Assembly (NCBI RefSeq): GCF_028641065.1
Contig: NC_073377.1
Location: 122,698,001-122,762,000, forward strand
Source of the DNA: Leucoraja erinacea
Lineage: Eukaryota
Length of the DNA: 64,000 nt
Direction of reading: 5' to 3'
Positions 36,432 to 49,806 of this stretch are shown one piece after another (the stretch's first letter is position 1; every line of letters starts with the position of its first letter). Position numbers and translations under genes: made by a program. A model generated the notes under the pieces. That model saw only the letters and a program-made list of their open reading frames with translations, did no database searches and was not told the DNA's origin.

Positions 36432-37269
36432 GGGGGGAATCGCCTTGGGGTTGGGGTTGGGGTCCGATGGTGGTGCATCGCGGTCAGTGATTCTGGGTGG
36501 GCGGAGGGACCAGCCTGTCCCACATCTCTGCTCCACCCGGCACAGTGCAGCCGCACGGGGGAGATGAGGCGGAGGGTGGCCGTGGGAGAGTGGGGGCTGT
36601 CCCGGGGGTTGCGCTCCTTCGGCCGCTTACAACTTGGTGCTTGGGTTCAGATCGCCCAGTCACCTGTGGCTTGTGTAGGAAAATGACCCACACATCTCCA
36701 CCAGCGGGAGGGTGGGGATCATTTTCCCACACAAGCCACAGGTGACTGGGCAATCTGAACCCAAGCACCAAGTTGTAAGCGGCCGAAGGTGCGCATCCCT
36801 CGGGACAGCCCCCACTCTTTCACGGCCAACTCCGCGGGCCGTGGGTCGGGTGGAGCGGAGCTGTGGGACAATGTTCATCCCTCCACAGTGATGTGATGGA
36901 CGCGGGGGTCTGGACCAGTCGCTGACAGGCCCCCCCACGGCAACATCATGTCTGTTGTTTGACTTTTCTGTTGAGCGGCATTCGGTTCGTTGGCTTGTAG
37001 GCGACGCCGCCTTTCAGGAAGGTGGCGTTTCGGCAGAGCGGCCATTCGGTGAGTTAGCTTTTAGGCGATGCAGCCTTTCGGTTAGTTGGCTTTTTGGCAT
37101 CTTGCCCTTTCGGTTAGTTGGCTTTTATGCGTCTAGACCCTTTCGGTTAGTTGGCGTTTCGGCTTTGTTTCCATTCGGTTATTTGGTGTTTTGGCTTCAT
37201 TTCCATTCGGTTATTTGGCTTCCACTTCTTTGCTTCGGCTTCTAGTCCGTCGGCGCCACGTCCGCACAC
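35505..37269. mobile_element. Foldback-type DNA element (long modular TIRs, 9-bp TSD GACATTTTC; possibly MULE-related)
   Basis: TSD at 35496-35504 and 37270-37278. About 35510-36070 is the reverse complement of about 36705-37264. Outer arms are built of CCGAA-containing subrepeats. No transposase. Confidence 0.8.
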
Positions 37270-37327
37270 GACATTTTCACCCCATGAATAAATCTTTAAA
37301 AAAATCCATGTCTTCTTAATATCTTAC

Positions 37328-37401
37328 CATTTGCCTACAAATGGGGCAACTTACTGCTCCCAACCAAGTTCCATATGTCCAATATGCAACAATGCAGGAA
37401 C
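37328..37401 (-). CDS. RNF170: RNF170 coding exon 4 (RING second half)
   Basis: [25 protein letters not shown]; poly-T tract then tag| ... ATG|gtaag; 74 nt. Confidence 0.95.
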
Positions 37402-37651
37402 CTAAAAAAAAAAAAAAAAAAAAAACAGGTGAATTGTTTTAGGAGCATTTTACCAATTCTCATGCCTCTGAACATTTTAGCACAAAAATAAAAGCCGCAT
37501 AAAATTAGTCCTAGAAATGTTTTCCTCTTCCCGTTGTAAAGTTTAATAGCTTGAATTCTGGCCTTGGAGGGCCAACTACCAATGGTTTCATGTTTCAGTA
37601 TACTCTAGAACTTTTAAATGTTTTAATTATTCTTTTCCAAGACCAGTATAA

Positions 37652-38510
37652 AGTCATAGAGTCATACAGCGTGGCCCAACACCCATGCCGACCCACATGC
37701 CCCATCTGCCTGTGTTTGGCCCATATACCCCCCCCCCCCCCCCCTCCCCCCATCGATTCCCTTACTCTGGGAAGAAGGCTCTGTGTATTTGTCCTATCTA
37801 ATCCTCTCATGATCTTATACACCTCTACAAGATCACCCCTCATCCCCCTGCAATTAATAACGTCTTAGCCTGCTCAACCTCTCCCAATAGCTCAGGCCCT
37901 CAAGTCCAGGCAACATCTCATAAATCTTCTCTGCACCCTTTCGAGCTTAACAACATCTTTCCTATAACAGAGTGATCAATATGGAACACAATACTCTCAA
38001 TGAACTTATATACTCAATATTCTGACTGATGAAGGCCAATGTGCCGAAAGCCTTCTTAACCACCCTATCTAACTGTAGCGCCAATTTCAAGGAACTATGG
38101 ATCTGCACTCCTACTTCCCCTGCTCCACAACACTCCCGAGCCTTGCCGTTCACCGTGTAGCTTCTGCCCTGCTTAGATTTCGCAAAATGTAACACCTGGC
38201 ACTTCTCTGGAGTAATAAACTCCATCAACCATTCCTCAGCCCACCTGATCAAGATCCTGCTGCAATTTTTAACAACCATCTTCATTACCTACAATACAAC
38301 CCACATTAGTGTCATCTGCAACCTTACTAATGCTCTCATCCAAATCCTTGATATTTTCAACAAACAACAATGGTCCCAACACCCTGTGGCACATCACTAG
38401 TCACAGACCTCCAATCCGAGAAACAACCTTCTACCATCACCCTCTGCTGCCTTCCATTAAGCCCATTTTCTATCCAGTTGGCAAGCTCTCCTTGGATATC
38501 ATGTGATCTA
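37652..38510 (-). mobile_element. CR1-type LINE 3' fragment
   Basis: Minus-strand RWAEEWLMEF..KCQVLHF, VKKAFGTLAFI, RGDLVEVYKIMRGLDR. Confidence 0.8.
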
Positions 38511-39413
38511 TTGATTTATTAAATAATAATTAAAAGCCTCAGGCTATAAGGGACATTTAAAAAAGTTGACACGCAACACACTATCAAAGGTAGTTAGCAA
38601 ATTCCTGGATCAGTCTTATTCATTATTCAGTGTCTGTTCTGCTTTGCCAGATACCCCGTTTCAAGGGTACAAGGAGTTGGGTGGTTTGGCTTGTATGTCC
38701 TTCCTCATTTGGAAAATAAAATACGGGATCACAGGCAGCAAGACAAGGTAATAAGCCAAATCTTTGGCAATCTAGCCCAACTAAATAACTGATAGTAACT
38801 TCCCAAATTAATATTTAACAACATGACAATGTTTGAAATTATACAGGAAAAGGTAAACCCTGCAAATAATTCACATCCAGTACACAAAATGGCTATTGGA
38901 GGGTCAAGGAATTTATTGTGTACCTGAATAATATAACCAAATTTGAAACATGATAATCCAAAAGAACATGTTCAAAGTTAGTTGGCTCACTGAAATTTAT
39001 TTTACTGTTTGTTTCTTAGATTTTCATATACTGGACATTGAAATCTGTGGAGAAATTTGAGATCCATCTTGTTTTCCTCGTAAATTTAAAGTTATTCAAA
39101 TTCCATCTATTCCACAGTAAATGCTCTTCTTCGGAGATAACAAGATTTTCTGTTTTGTAGTGAAAATTGTTGGATATACAATACACATGTACAGAATGTT
39201 TAACAGTATAATTTTAATAATCCAAAAGTTATTTTCAAATTAACACACAATCACCTTATGTCAATACTGAATAATGCAATATTGTATTATGCACAATATT
39301 GTATTGTACAACCATATTGAGTTATTACACTGTATAGGTTTATAGGCTGTATCCAAATGTTAAGAATCACATCCATTTAATCATTTTTTGAATAAGAAGC
39401 AATCAGCTTATAT

Positions 39414-40888
39414 ATATATATATATATATTTTATTTTTTATTTATTTTTTATTAGAAGTATGGTAAATTACAATACCACACAACACATATATCTTAATAC
39501 ATTTTTTGTACCGCTTCATTTTTTTTTGAGCTTTATGAAAAAGATAGAAGTAAAGAAAGTAAAGAAAGTGCGCAAGAGTCGTGAAGTGCAAGAGTGTTGG
39601 GAAAAGAAAGCCCCTTAGAAAAGAAGTTAGAGAAGGAAGTAAAGTGAGAAAGTAGACCCTAGAAAAGAAAGAAAAAGAGAATAGGAACAATCGCTCTATT
39701 ATAACATTAAACTCCGCAGAAAGGGGACTACCAACCAAGTCTGTTTTTGTTGTTTTACCTCTTGTTACCAGGTCCTGATACCATTTATTTATTTATTTAA
39801 ATTACTATTGCACCTCATACTTGTAATAGGTCCAGAAACATAGACCACGTCTTTTGGAATTGGTCTGCTTTACCTGCTAAGAAGAATCTCATCTCTTCCA
39901 GATGTAATGTTTCAAACATATTTGATATCCACATTTTTATTGTTGGTGTGGGCGCATTTTTCCAGAATTTAAGTATAAGCTTTTTTCCCATTATTAGCCC
40001 GTAATTAAATAAATTCTTCTGAAAGACGTTTAGTTCAGGGTTACCTTCCGATATTCCAAAAATAATCCATTCTGGTTTTGGTACCAGTTTTATTTTGATT
40101 AATTTTGAAAAAATATCAAATATTTCATACCAGAATTTTTGGATTTTTTGTACAAAAAACAAAAGAGTACGCTATGGTAACTTCTTGACACAGGCATTTA
40201 TCACAGATTGGTGAAACATTAGGGAAGATTTTATTTAATTTAGTTTTTGAATAATATAATCTATGTAATGTTTTGAATTGGATGAGCGTATGTCGTACGT
40301 TGATCGAACATTTATGCACCTGTAGTAAATGATTATCCCAGTCCTCTTTTGAAATATTTGTAGCTAATTCTTGTTCCCAATCTCTTCTAATTCCATTTGT
40401 TGTGGGTATTTCTATATTTAAAATGATATTATATAGGTACGATATTAGATTAGCTGATTCCGCCTTTGTCTTCATTGCTTCATCCAATAAGTCAGAAGGC
40501 ATATTATGATAGTCTTTTGTGTGTTTTTTCAGATAATCACGAATTTGAGGATATTTAAAATATTGGTTATTTTTCAAATTATATTTCAGTTGTAGTTGTT
40601 GAAATGATAGTAATTTCCCCAATTCATACAGATCTTCGAGCGTTTTGATTCCCATTCTTTCCCATTGTATAAATGATTTGTCTATGATTGATGGTTTAAA
40701 CGATGGATTATTGACTATTGGTATTAAGAGATAGGTTTCTTAATTTTAAATTCTGTTTTATTTGTTTCCATGTTCTAATTGTGTTATGTATAATTGGATT
40801 TTTATTATAATTTTTATTATTCAAATTTATTGGTGAGAGGATAGTCGCTCCTATATTACTCGGGGAGCAGTCCCCTTTTTCCATTACC
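39414..40888 (-). mobile_element. L1-clade LINE, 5'-truncated, 12-bp TSD
   Basis: ORF2 C-terminus GIKTLEDL..SFQQLQ.KY.L..YFKY, QFKTLHRLYY, CDKC zinc knuckle. A-rich tail at 39414-39450. TSD ATCAGCTTATAT at 39402-39413 and 40889-40900. Confidence 0.88.
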
Positions 40889-41289
40889 ATCAGCTTATAT
40901 TTTTCTGTGATGTTTTCCAAACTTAAAGAAAGGCTAAAATATGAATATCAACCCATTGTGGGAGTTAAGAGGCAACTGGAAACTTGAGGCATTGAAAAGA
41001 TGGATTTAAAAAAGACTCATTATAAGAAAGGTTTAGAGAAAAAGTCGCAGCATACAGTTCTGGGCAATAATTTGGGGATAATGGAAGAATAGATGCCAGA
41101 ATTTGAAGATCAAAGGAAAAATAGGGAGCAGCACAGCTAGACAAGGCTGCAGAGCAACAGAGTGTAGACATGAGAAAATATGCCCGGCTTGGCACTGCAG
41201 ATACTGGTTTATACCGAAGATAGGCACGAAAAACTGGAGTAACTCAGTGGGTCAGGCAGCATCTCTGGAGAAAAGGAACGTGACGTATC

Positions 41290-43321
41290 GTGTTGGCAGC
41301 GACGATGTAGTGCGAAGCAAAGATACGGGGCGTGGGGTGACGAAAGGTCAGAGCGAATGACGGGCACCGCACAGCAGCAGCGACAGCTATTGCGGCTCCT
41401 CCTCCAGCACCCCGCCCGCCCTGATAGCGGCCGCTGCTTGCCAATCCGCTAACGGCGATAACTGCTTTCAAAACAAACCATCCCGCACGCCGAGGCCGGG
41501 AGGAGGGAGGGAGAAATGGGGAGGCCCCCTTCCGCCGTCTGAAGCAGCTGCACCGCTTGGCCCCGCACCTTCTGTTGGCTGGGGGAGGAGGGGAGGCGGT
41601 GGTGAGGAGATCCCAACCGCCTCCCCCTTTGGTGGCGGCACTTGGCGGTGGACAGGGATGGCCAAGGCAGTGGGGCGATGATACCGTCCGTGTCCGATGA
41701 GCGCTGACCTTCCTTCCTCGCCAACAGCCCCCCCCCCCCCCTCTCTCTCTCTCTCTCTTGTACGCCCCCCTTATCCTGGCACCCCTCCTCTCCACTGATC
41801 CCCATTCCCGCCACTATTCAGTCCTCACTGCCATTCCTGAGCTTCCCTCCCCATCTACCCCCCCCATCTATTCATCCTGCACTGATCTACCTATCCACCT
41901 TGCATTGATTCTCCTTCCCCCCCACCCTCATCCATCACTGATCCCCCAATTCATCCAGTACGCACTTCCTTACCCATCCACCTGCACTGCCTCCACCCCA
42001 TTCATCCTGTACTGATCCCCTCATTCATCCTGTACCGATCCCCCGGATCCATCCTGAATTGATTCTCTCATTCATCGTTGACTGATCCCCTCATTTATCC
42101 TGTACTGAACTCACCATTCATCCTGTACTGATGCTCCCCGTCAATCCCGTACTGATCCACCCCATTCAACCGCACTGACATCCCTCGCACTATCCCCACA
42201 CAATTTTACCTATTGCAACCAACACGACTAACCCCCCCCAATTCATAAAGATGGATTAATTAAATTGTGAACATGTGAAACATTAAAACCGCAGTGTTCG
42301 ATTGTCACTGCTACTGTTGACACGTTATTACAGAATTCATTTTAACGGCAAATCAATGCTCTTAATATGGAGTATCAGTACTGTTATATAATGAGCAACA
42401 TTCACAACTATACGTTGGATTTATCCAGGTTTTACTTCCTAGTCGGTCATATACATCACAAATTTGGTCAGGAGATATTTCAGTTGAAATTTTAACGTTA
42501 ATTCTGAACTGGGAACGATGGAAAACAGTATTTATCAAAAAAAAAGTTTTAATCTGGTGCATACAAACTGGGTATCTTCATTGCTGTTCACAACACATTC
42601 ATTTAATCTGAATGTCCGGTAATGTGGCGTTTTGACACCTTTAAACATATTACCAAAAGAACATTTGCTGCAGTTATGTCCTTTGGCCATCTCTTGTCAG
42701 TTAGTGTAATGTTTAACATGTCAGATGGGTATAGTCGGTTTTAACAGCTATTATCATAAAATGCCTTTAGAAATTTCCTTGCAACCTGTATATTTTGTTG
42801 TGGATAAATTATGTGGGAAGCGAGTGTTTCTGTACCAATAGCAATAACAACCTATGCTATGGCCATGTCATGATAATTTTCGGTCCTTCACAGAAAACAT
42901 GCTTGCATCAATCTGTTGGGGTGCATGGTTAAGCATATATGTTACCATGGTCCAGGATTTATTGACGCAGGTTGATCATACGCTGAACAATCCAACCACA
43001 TTTTTGTTGTGAAGTGGAAAGAAATAATAGAAATTGCATTAATTGCAATGTGTAAAAAGAGTTGAGATACTGTATTATAACCTTGCTGCATGTCATTGTG
43101 GTATATCTCTTGTCTTGATTGGTGAATATATTTAGTTTGTGACTTTATTTGAAGCAGAAATAATATGTGAATGCTTCATTGAACATAATTCCGACCGAGC
43201 ACATTATCGCACGCATCATGCAAGCCGTCTTAAATTGACCACCTAAACTGTCATTTAGCAACCTAAAAAGCTGCCAGAGTTGCCCGGCTGGCAACAGGAA
43301 AAAAGAGTTAAGAGAGCCCTG
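41290..43321. mobile_element. Probable DNA-transposon remnant (hAT-like right end) carrying a GC-rich block and the minisatellite
   Basis: Ends ...GTTGCCCGGCTGGCAAC...GAGAGCCCTG (CAGGG-type TIR). Left TIR not found, so boundaries are uncertain. Confidence 0.35.
41860..42180. repeat. Minisatellite, about 23-bp unit TTCATCCTGTACTGATCCCCTCA
   Basis: At least 8 degenerate tandem copies visible at 42001-42180, with more decayed copies upstream. Confidence 0.75.
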
Positions 43322-44186
43322 TATGAATATAAATACAACCATTTTAAACTTAATACACCGGGGAAGTGAGAAGATGATGCAGGATGAACTTGCATTGTTC
43401 ATTCCTTAATGGATTCTTCAAGGAATGGTGCATCAATTGGACCTGTTTGTACCTGTTTTCCCAATTGCCACAAAACATTGAAATAATTTTGTCTGAGGCT
43501 ATGCCAATTTGCAAATTCCTCTTCTCTCTAATCACTCTCATATATTTGTGTACAAATTTTCATCCCAACATCTTTCTCCATTTTTAATGATTTGTTCCTC
43601 TTAATAATTTTCAATGTAATCATTAATCCATACAGTATATTTATTAGATCTGTGTTTCCTGGTTCTAGTTACATATTTATCATGCATGCTTAGATGTATA
43701 GCATTAAAAGTATGTAGAACTACCTGATGAATGAAATATTCCAGCCATCAATTTGTTTAATCCCCGTAATGCCCTACTGAGCCTTTTAAAATTATAACCT
43801 AGACTCCTCCTCTTCAACTCTTCTAAATCCCAGATCAAACTGAACTTGATGAACACGTGGTAGCAGTCTCCTTAGAGAGACCACAATTAGATTTCTGCAT
43901 ATAATGTGGGTCATTATTAATCCTATTACATCACAACATGTACTATTTCAACTTTCTTGATTGAGCAATAGCCCTGATTACTTATATTAACAAGTCCTAG
44001 ATCACAAGTATGTTCAATTTATATACGTTCTGTTTTCATGTACTTTTATTATTTCATCACAAAATTGTCTTGCTTTTCATCATGACCCAGTAATCCGATC
44101 ACACAGTCAGCTACTTCTACATAAAAATTCCCAATTTGCAGCTTTATATCAGTTTATACCTGTATTACTACACTTGTTGATTTATA

Positions 44187-45845
44187 AAGTGTCCTCCATA
44201 ATGTTTGGGACAAAGACTCATCATTTATTTATTTGCCTCTGAACTCCATAATTTGAGATATGTAATAGAAAAAAAAAAAAAAAAATCACACGTGGTTAGA
44301 GTGCACATTGTCAGATTTTATTAAAGGCCCTTTTTATACATTTTGGGTTCACCATGTAGAAATTACAGCTGTGTTTATACATAGTCCCCCCATTTCAAGA
44401 CACCATACTGTTAGGGACACATGGCTTCAGAGGCGTTTGTAATTGCTCAGGTGTGTTTAATTGCCTCCTCAATGCAGGTATAAGAGAGCTCTCAGCACCT
44501 AGTCTTTCCTCCAGTCTTTCCATCACATTTGGAAACTAATTGCTGTTTATCAACATGAGGACCAAAGTTGTGCCAATGAAAGTCAAATAAGCCATTATGA
44601 GACTGAGAAACAAGAATAAAACTGTTAGAGACATCAGCCAAACATTAGGCTGACCAAAATCAACTGTTTGGAACATCATTAAGAAGAAAGAGAGCACTGG
44701 TGAGCTTACTAATCACAAAGGGACTGGCAGGCCAAGGAACATCTCCACAGCTGATGACAGAAGAATTATCTCTATAATAAAGAAAAATTCCCAAACACCT
44801 GTCCGACAAATCAGAAACACTCTTCAAGAGTCAGGTGTGGATTTGTCAATGACCACAGCCTGCTGAAGACTTCATGAACAGAAATACAGAGGCTACACTG
44901 CAAGATGCAAACCACTGGTTAGTTGCAAAAATAGGATGGCCAGGTTAGTTTACCAAGAGGTACTTAAAGGAGCAACCACAGTTCTGGAAAAGGTTCTTGT
45001 GGACAGATGAGACGAAGATTAACTTATATCAGAGTGATGGCAAGAGCAAAGTATGGAGGACAGAAGGAACTGCCCAAGATCTAAAGCAGATCACCTCATC
45101 TGTCAAACACGGTGGCAGAGATGACATGGCCTGGGCATGTATGGCTGCCGAAGGTACTGGCTCACTTATCTTCATTGATGATACAACTGCTGATGGTAGT
45201 AGCACAATGAATTCTGAAGTGTATAGACATATCCTATCTGCTCAAGTTCAAAGAAATGCCTCAAAACCTATTGGCTGGCGGTTCATTCTACAGCAAGACA
45301 ATGATCCCAAACATACTGCTAAAGCAACAAAGGAGTTTTTCAAAGCTAAAACATTGTCAATTCTTGAGTGGCCAAGTCAATCACTCCACCTGAACACAAT
45401 TGAGCATGTATTTTATATGCTGAAGAGAAAACTGAAGGGTACTAGCCCCCAAAACAATCATAAACTAAAGATGGCTGCAATACAGGCCTAGAAGAGCATC
45501 ACCGGAGAAGACACCCAGCAACTGGTGATGTCCATGAATTGCAGACTTCAAACAGTCATTGCATGTAAAGGATATGCAACAAAATACTAAATATGTCTAC
45601 TTTCATTTACATGGCATTGCTGTGTCCCAAACATTATGGTGCCCTGAAATGGGGGGACTCTGTATAAACACTGCTGTGATTTCTACATGGTGAAACCAAA
45701 ATGTGAAAAAATGGCCTTTATTAAAATCTGATAATGTGCACTTTAACCACATGTGATTTATTTCTATTACAAATCTCAAATTGTGGAGTATAAAGGCAAA
45801 TAAATAAATGATGGGTCTTTGTCCCAAACATTGTGGAAGGCACTG
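44187..45845 (+). mobile_element. Full-length Tc1 (DD34E) transposon, inactive; transposase pseudogene 44555-45590
   Basis: TA flanks at 44185-86 and 45846-47, TIRs of about 230 bp (.AGTG.C.TCCA.AATGTTTGGGACAAAGAC). GRPR, WTDETK, QQDNDPKH and NTIEH motifs, with several stops and a frameshift. Confidence 0.95.
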
Positions 45846-46169
45846 TATACTAACCTTCCTGATTAGAGAGTATTAGCAATATAAAATAGTTTGGATGATA
45901 AAGTAGTTTGTAGATTATACAAAAGTTGATGTACAATTAATAGTACGAAGGAAAGTTTTCAAATGCAGGAAGAAAAAATATGGTTTGATTGGCTGGACAT
46001 AAAAAAAAGACAAATGGAATTTAAATCTGGAGGAATGGGAGGTATTCATCAGGGGGAATGAAAAAGGGCAAGGGAATATACAATTACAAAGAAAGCTCAC
46101 CAATGCCACTACTTCCTTAGCAGATTGAAGAGATTTAGTACATCGTCTAATGCTGTCTCAAACTTCCAA

Positions 46170-46640
46170 AGGTGTTCAGTAGCATCACTGCCTGGTTCGA
46201 TAACTCAAACACCCAGGAATGCAGGAAGCAGGAAGTGGCAGATGTTGTTCTGTCCAGCATGAGTATTGGTCTCCTCATCATCAAAGGGATCTACAGGAGG
46301 CGCAGCCTCAAAAAGGCAACTAATGTCATCAAAAACCCACACTACCATGGCAATGCTCTCACCACAATGCTGCCATCAGGAAGATGGTACTGGTGCATGA
46401 GACCCGAGAACCATACTACACAACCCTAATCACACCCCTACCTCAGCAATGACACTGTTTTTGAATGAACTTCGTACTTCAATTTTGCACTATTATGGCC
46501 TGACTACCCAGTATCACTGATTAGTAGCTTATTCTACTATAAATTATTGTATATTTATTTCTTGTGTTATTACATTAATTGCCATGTAACATTGCAGCAA
46601 GTAAAAATGTCATTTATTTCATTCCCAGTGTATATAATAT
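46170..46640 (+). mobile_element. Rex1/Babar-like LINE 3' remnant
   Basis: SITAWF.N..QECRK..V / IY.RR.LKKA..IK.PH..LPSGR remnants. Confidence 0.6.
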
Positions 46641-46979
46641 TTAAACTCTCTTGACTGTCGTACATATTGAGTGCTCTAGATGATCAAAATGATTAAGGGG
46701 CATATTGTGGGAGTTGTGGAAAGAATTGAGTTGTTCTTCTTTCTTGTCATGAACATGGCAGCTCCTCATTCTATGGGAATTGAACTTTACTCCAGTGAAA
46801 TTTCTCTTCTGTGCTAGGTTAACATGTCTGGTCACACTGACCCACAAAATCAACAACCTGAACACCTGCATGATTTGTGTTTTTGGTGATAGGGACATAC
46901 TTTTGAGGGGAAAATTACAGAGTACTGGATCACGAAAGTTAAAGTGTAAACAAGATAGATTTTTATGGAACAGGAGGCT

Positions 46980-47706
46980 TAATTATGCTAGTAAGAGTGC
47001 TGTTATGATCTGTAGAACCAAAGAGGATAAATGTCTAAAATGTCCTGATTTTAAATTGTCTAACAATAATCTTAGTGTCCGTAATAAGGTAAAATATCTA
47101 GGGCATTTTATTACAGAACAAATGACAGATGATGAGGATATTTATAGGCAATAACGCATGCTGTATGTACAGGCGAATATTCACTTGTGTAAATTTGTTG
47201 CGTGTGCAGATGCGGTGAAGATGTCACTATTTAGAGCATACTGCACACCACTCTACACTGCGCACCTGTGGTCGAACTGTGGAAAGACAAGTTTGCAGAG
47301 ACTAAAGGTGGCATATAACGATGCCATGAGAACACTGCTAAGGAAACCTAGATGGTTTAGTGCCAGTAATATGTTTGTGGCTGCAGGAGTCAGTACTTTA
47401 GAAGCTATCCTAAGAAATCACATGTATAAATTCATTTGCAGGATAAATGACTCTAAAAATGTAATTATTGTGGCCTTGTCAAACATAAGGGTTAGCACTA
47501 CACGCTACGAATCCCAGCTGTGGAGACACTGGTATCGTTGTAGGACATTGATCATTCTTTTAATCTGGATTTTTAACTTATGTATTGTGTTTTAAAAAAT
47601 ATATAATTTATGATGCTTTTATGTGATATACAAAGATTTTATGTATTTTATGATATTTTTATGTAATGTTGACCCTTGTCTGGACCTCAAGTTTATTATT
47701 ATTATT
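46980..47706 (+). mobile_element. Non-LTR retrotransposon 3' part (RTE-X-like)
   Basis: N.SKS..MI, VKYLGHFI..DDEDIYRQ, LFRAYCTPLY.AHLW, LKVAYNDAMR.LL..PRW.SAS.MFV; (TAT)n tail. Clade assignment is tentative. Confidence 0.6.
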
Positions 47707-48116
47707 AATTGAGGTGTATACAATTATAGACTCAATAGGGTGGAATTATCTCCCTTCAGCATTCATTCAAAAAAATGAGGGCAAAGATTCAAGGAAAAAA
47801 GGGGAAAAAAACTCAGATGGTGGTAGGGAATCAGCATCTAAAACAGTAGTTGCGGCAATAATCCCCATCACATTTAAAAAGTACTTGGTGTACACAAAAA
47901 GCTGTGAAGTGTTGGGTCACCCACCTTGTGGTGAAAGATAGGATTAGGTTGTATAGTCTCTACAACCAATGCTGACACAATGGGCTAAATGTCTTCCTTC
48001 TGATGTAAATCTAATTGTTTGAGATAGTCTCAAGAGGCTGTAGTTTAAACCAAATAATCTAACTCAAGTACTTGAAAACCTTTCCTCATGTCTATTTTAA
48101 TTAAATAATCACATAC

Positions 48117-48225
48117 CACAAAAAAGATGGCCACAGTTGGTTTCAACAGGGAATGCAGCCAGCTGTAAGCAGACTGGACAGGACATGTCAGTGTAGAATT
48201 GATGGCGATCGCTTTCAGATGCATC
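48117..48225 (-). CDS. RNF170: RNF170 coding exon 3 (RING first half)
   Basis: [36 protein letters not shown]; ttacag| ... G|gtatg; 109 nt. Confidence 0.95.
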
Positions 48226-48375
48226 CTGTAATATTAAATAATGCACAATTAGTAGATTTGCTGTCAAAAACCTGATTTTCACATAATGTAATATTTTGCT
48301 CACATGCTAAAAATAATTTAATTGCTTCATTCTACATTGTTCTTTCTCTAAAAATAAACAAATTATTGTTTGCAA

Positions 48376-49140
48376 TAGACAATAGGTGCAGGAGTAGGCC
48401 ATTCGGTCCTTCAAGCCAGCACCGCCATTCAATGGCTGATCATCCACAATCAGTAATCCGTTCCTGCCTTCTCTCCATATCCCTTAACTGTAGCCTCACA
48501 AGCGTCATGTACAACTGTAATATAATGTCCCGACGTCCAACTCAATTCCCTGACTGATGGTCCAGCGTACCAAAAGCCTTCTTCACCACCATACATACCC
48601 AAAATGATACTTTCAGGGAACAATGTGCTCTTAGACCCTTCTGCTCTATAACATCCCAAGGACCCTACCATTCACTGTGTAGGTCTTGCCTTGGTTTGAC
48701 ATGGATGCAACTTATTTCAATTAAACTGCATTTGCGAGTCCTCGGCCCACGACCAGCTGATCAAGATCCCACTGTAATTCTTGATAACCATCTTCAATGT
48801 CTACGATAATATCTATTTAACCGTCATCTGCAAAGTTACTCATCATGCCTTGTATTCTCATCCAAATCACTCATACTGATGACAAGCAGCAATGGACCCA
48901 GCACTGATCCCTGAAGTACACCGCTAGTCACAGACCTCCAGAGAAAAAAAAATATTCCACCATCACATTCTGTTATCTATCATTAAGCCAACTCTTCATC
49001 CAGATAGCTAGCACTCCCTTGATCCCATATGATCTAACCTTCCAGAGCAGCCCATCATGTAGAACCTTATCAAAGGCTATGGTTGTTGAGGTCCATTTAG
49101 ATTAAGTGTATTGTTATGCGTTCATTAATGTTCTTGGTTA
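48376..49140 (-). mobile_element. CR1-type LINE remnants
   Basis: Minus-strand CR1 tail (48376-48490) and decayed RT (AFDKV.H, GV.QGSVLGP, FADD). Confidence 0.7.
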
Positions 49141-49718
49141 GTTATATTTTACACCTCCTGGACGCTAACAGTTGCTTTTTTAAATCTCCCATGATGTCCT
49201 TCCTTTCAGCAGCTCATACACAAGTGAAAACCTCTGAATTTCCTCCAAAGTTCTAGCTATAGGCTCTCCATTTATAAACTTTAAGGTCCACACCACTTGA
49301 GCCTGAATGCCTCTATCCTCAGTCTGGCATCAGGACTGGATGAAGAGTAGGTATTATGCAATAATCTTAACAGGATGGCTCATCACCACCTGCTGCACAA
49401 TGAATTAATTAATTAGGGAAGTAAACTCAATGATATACTTAAAATCAACAATGAATTTGCACACAGGTAGATCTAATTATGGCACGCAGTTTTTGAAAAG
49501 AAAAACTGTTTAAATTAGAATGAGATCTGCTTATGTACTTAAATAAACAGATGAGCTTCAGTTTAATACACCTCCAAATGTACAGTAATTCCATGTTGCA
49601 TTAACAATTTTCAACAACATGATTTGATTATTGATTTAGCTACAATAGATTTTTCTGTAATTAAATGTCAAAATATACTAGATAATATAGTGAAATGATT
49701 AATGAATGAAAATCTTAC

Positions 49719-49806
49719 CTGGGAATTTAAAGCCTCAGCTTGGAGATGTTGTCGGAGCTCCCTCACACGCTCCTGGTTCTCAGGGTGGATGTTTTGATGC
49801 TCAGTT
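49719..49806 (-). CDS. RNF170: RNF170 coding exon 2
   Basis: TEHQNIHPENQERVRELRQHLQAEALNSQ; ttgtag| ... CAG|gtaag; 88 nt, phases fit. Confidence 0.93.

Noticed and set aside
36245-36771. Gly/Pro-rich ORFs (also at 16242-16560, 32514-32870 and 58647-59092)
   Set aside because: They arise from G/C homopolymers and microsatellites inside repeats; homopolymer length is also error-prone.
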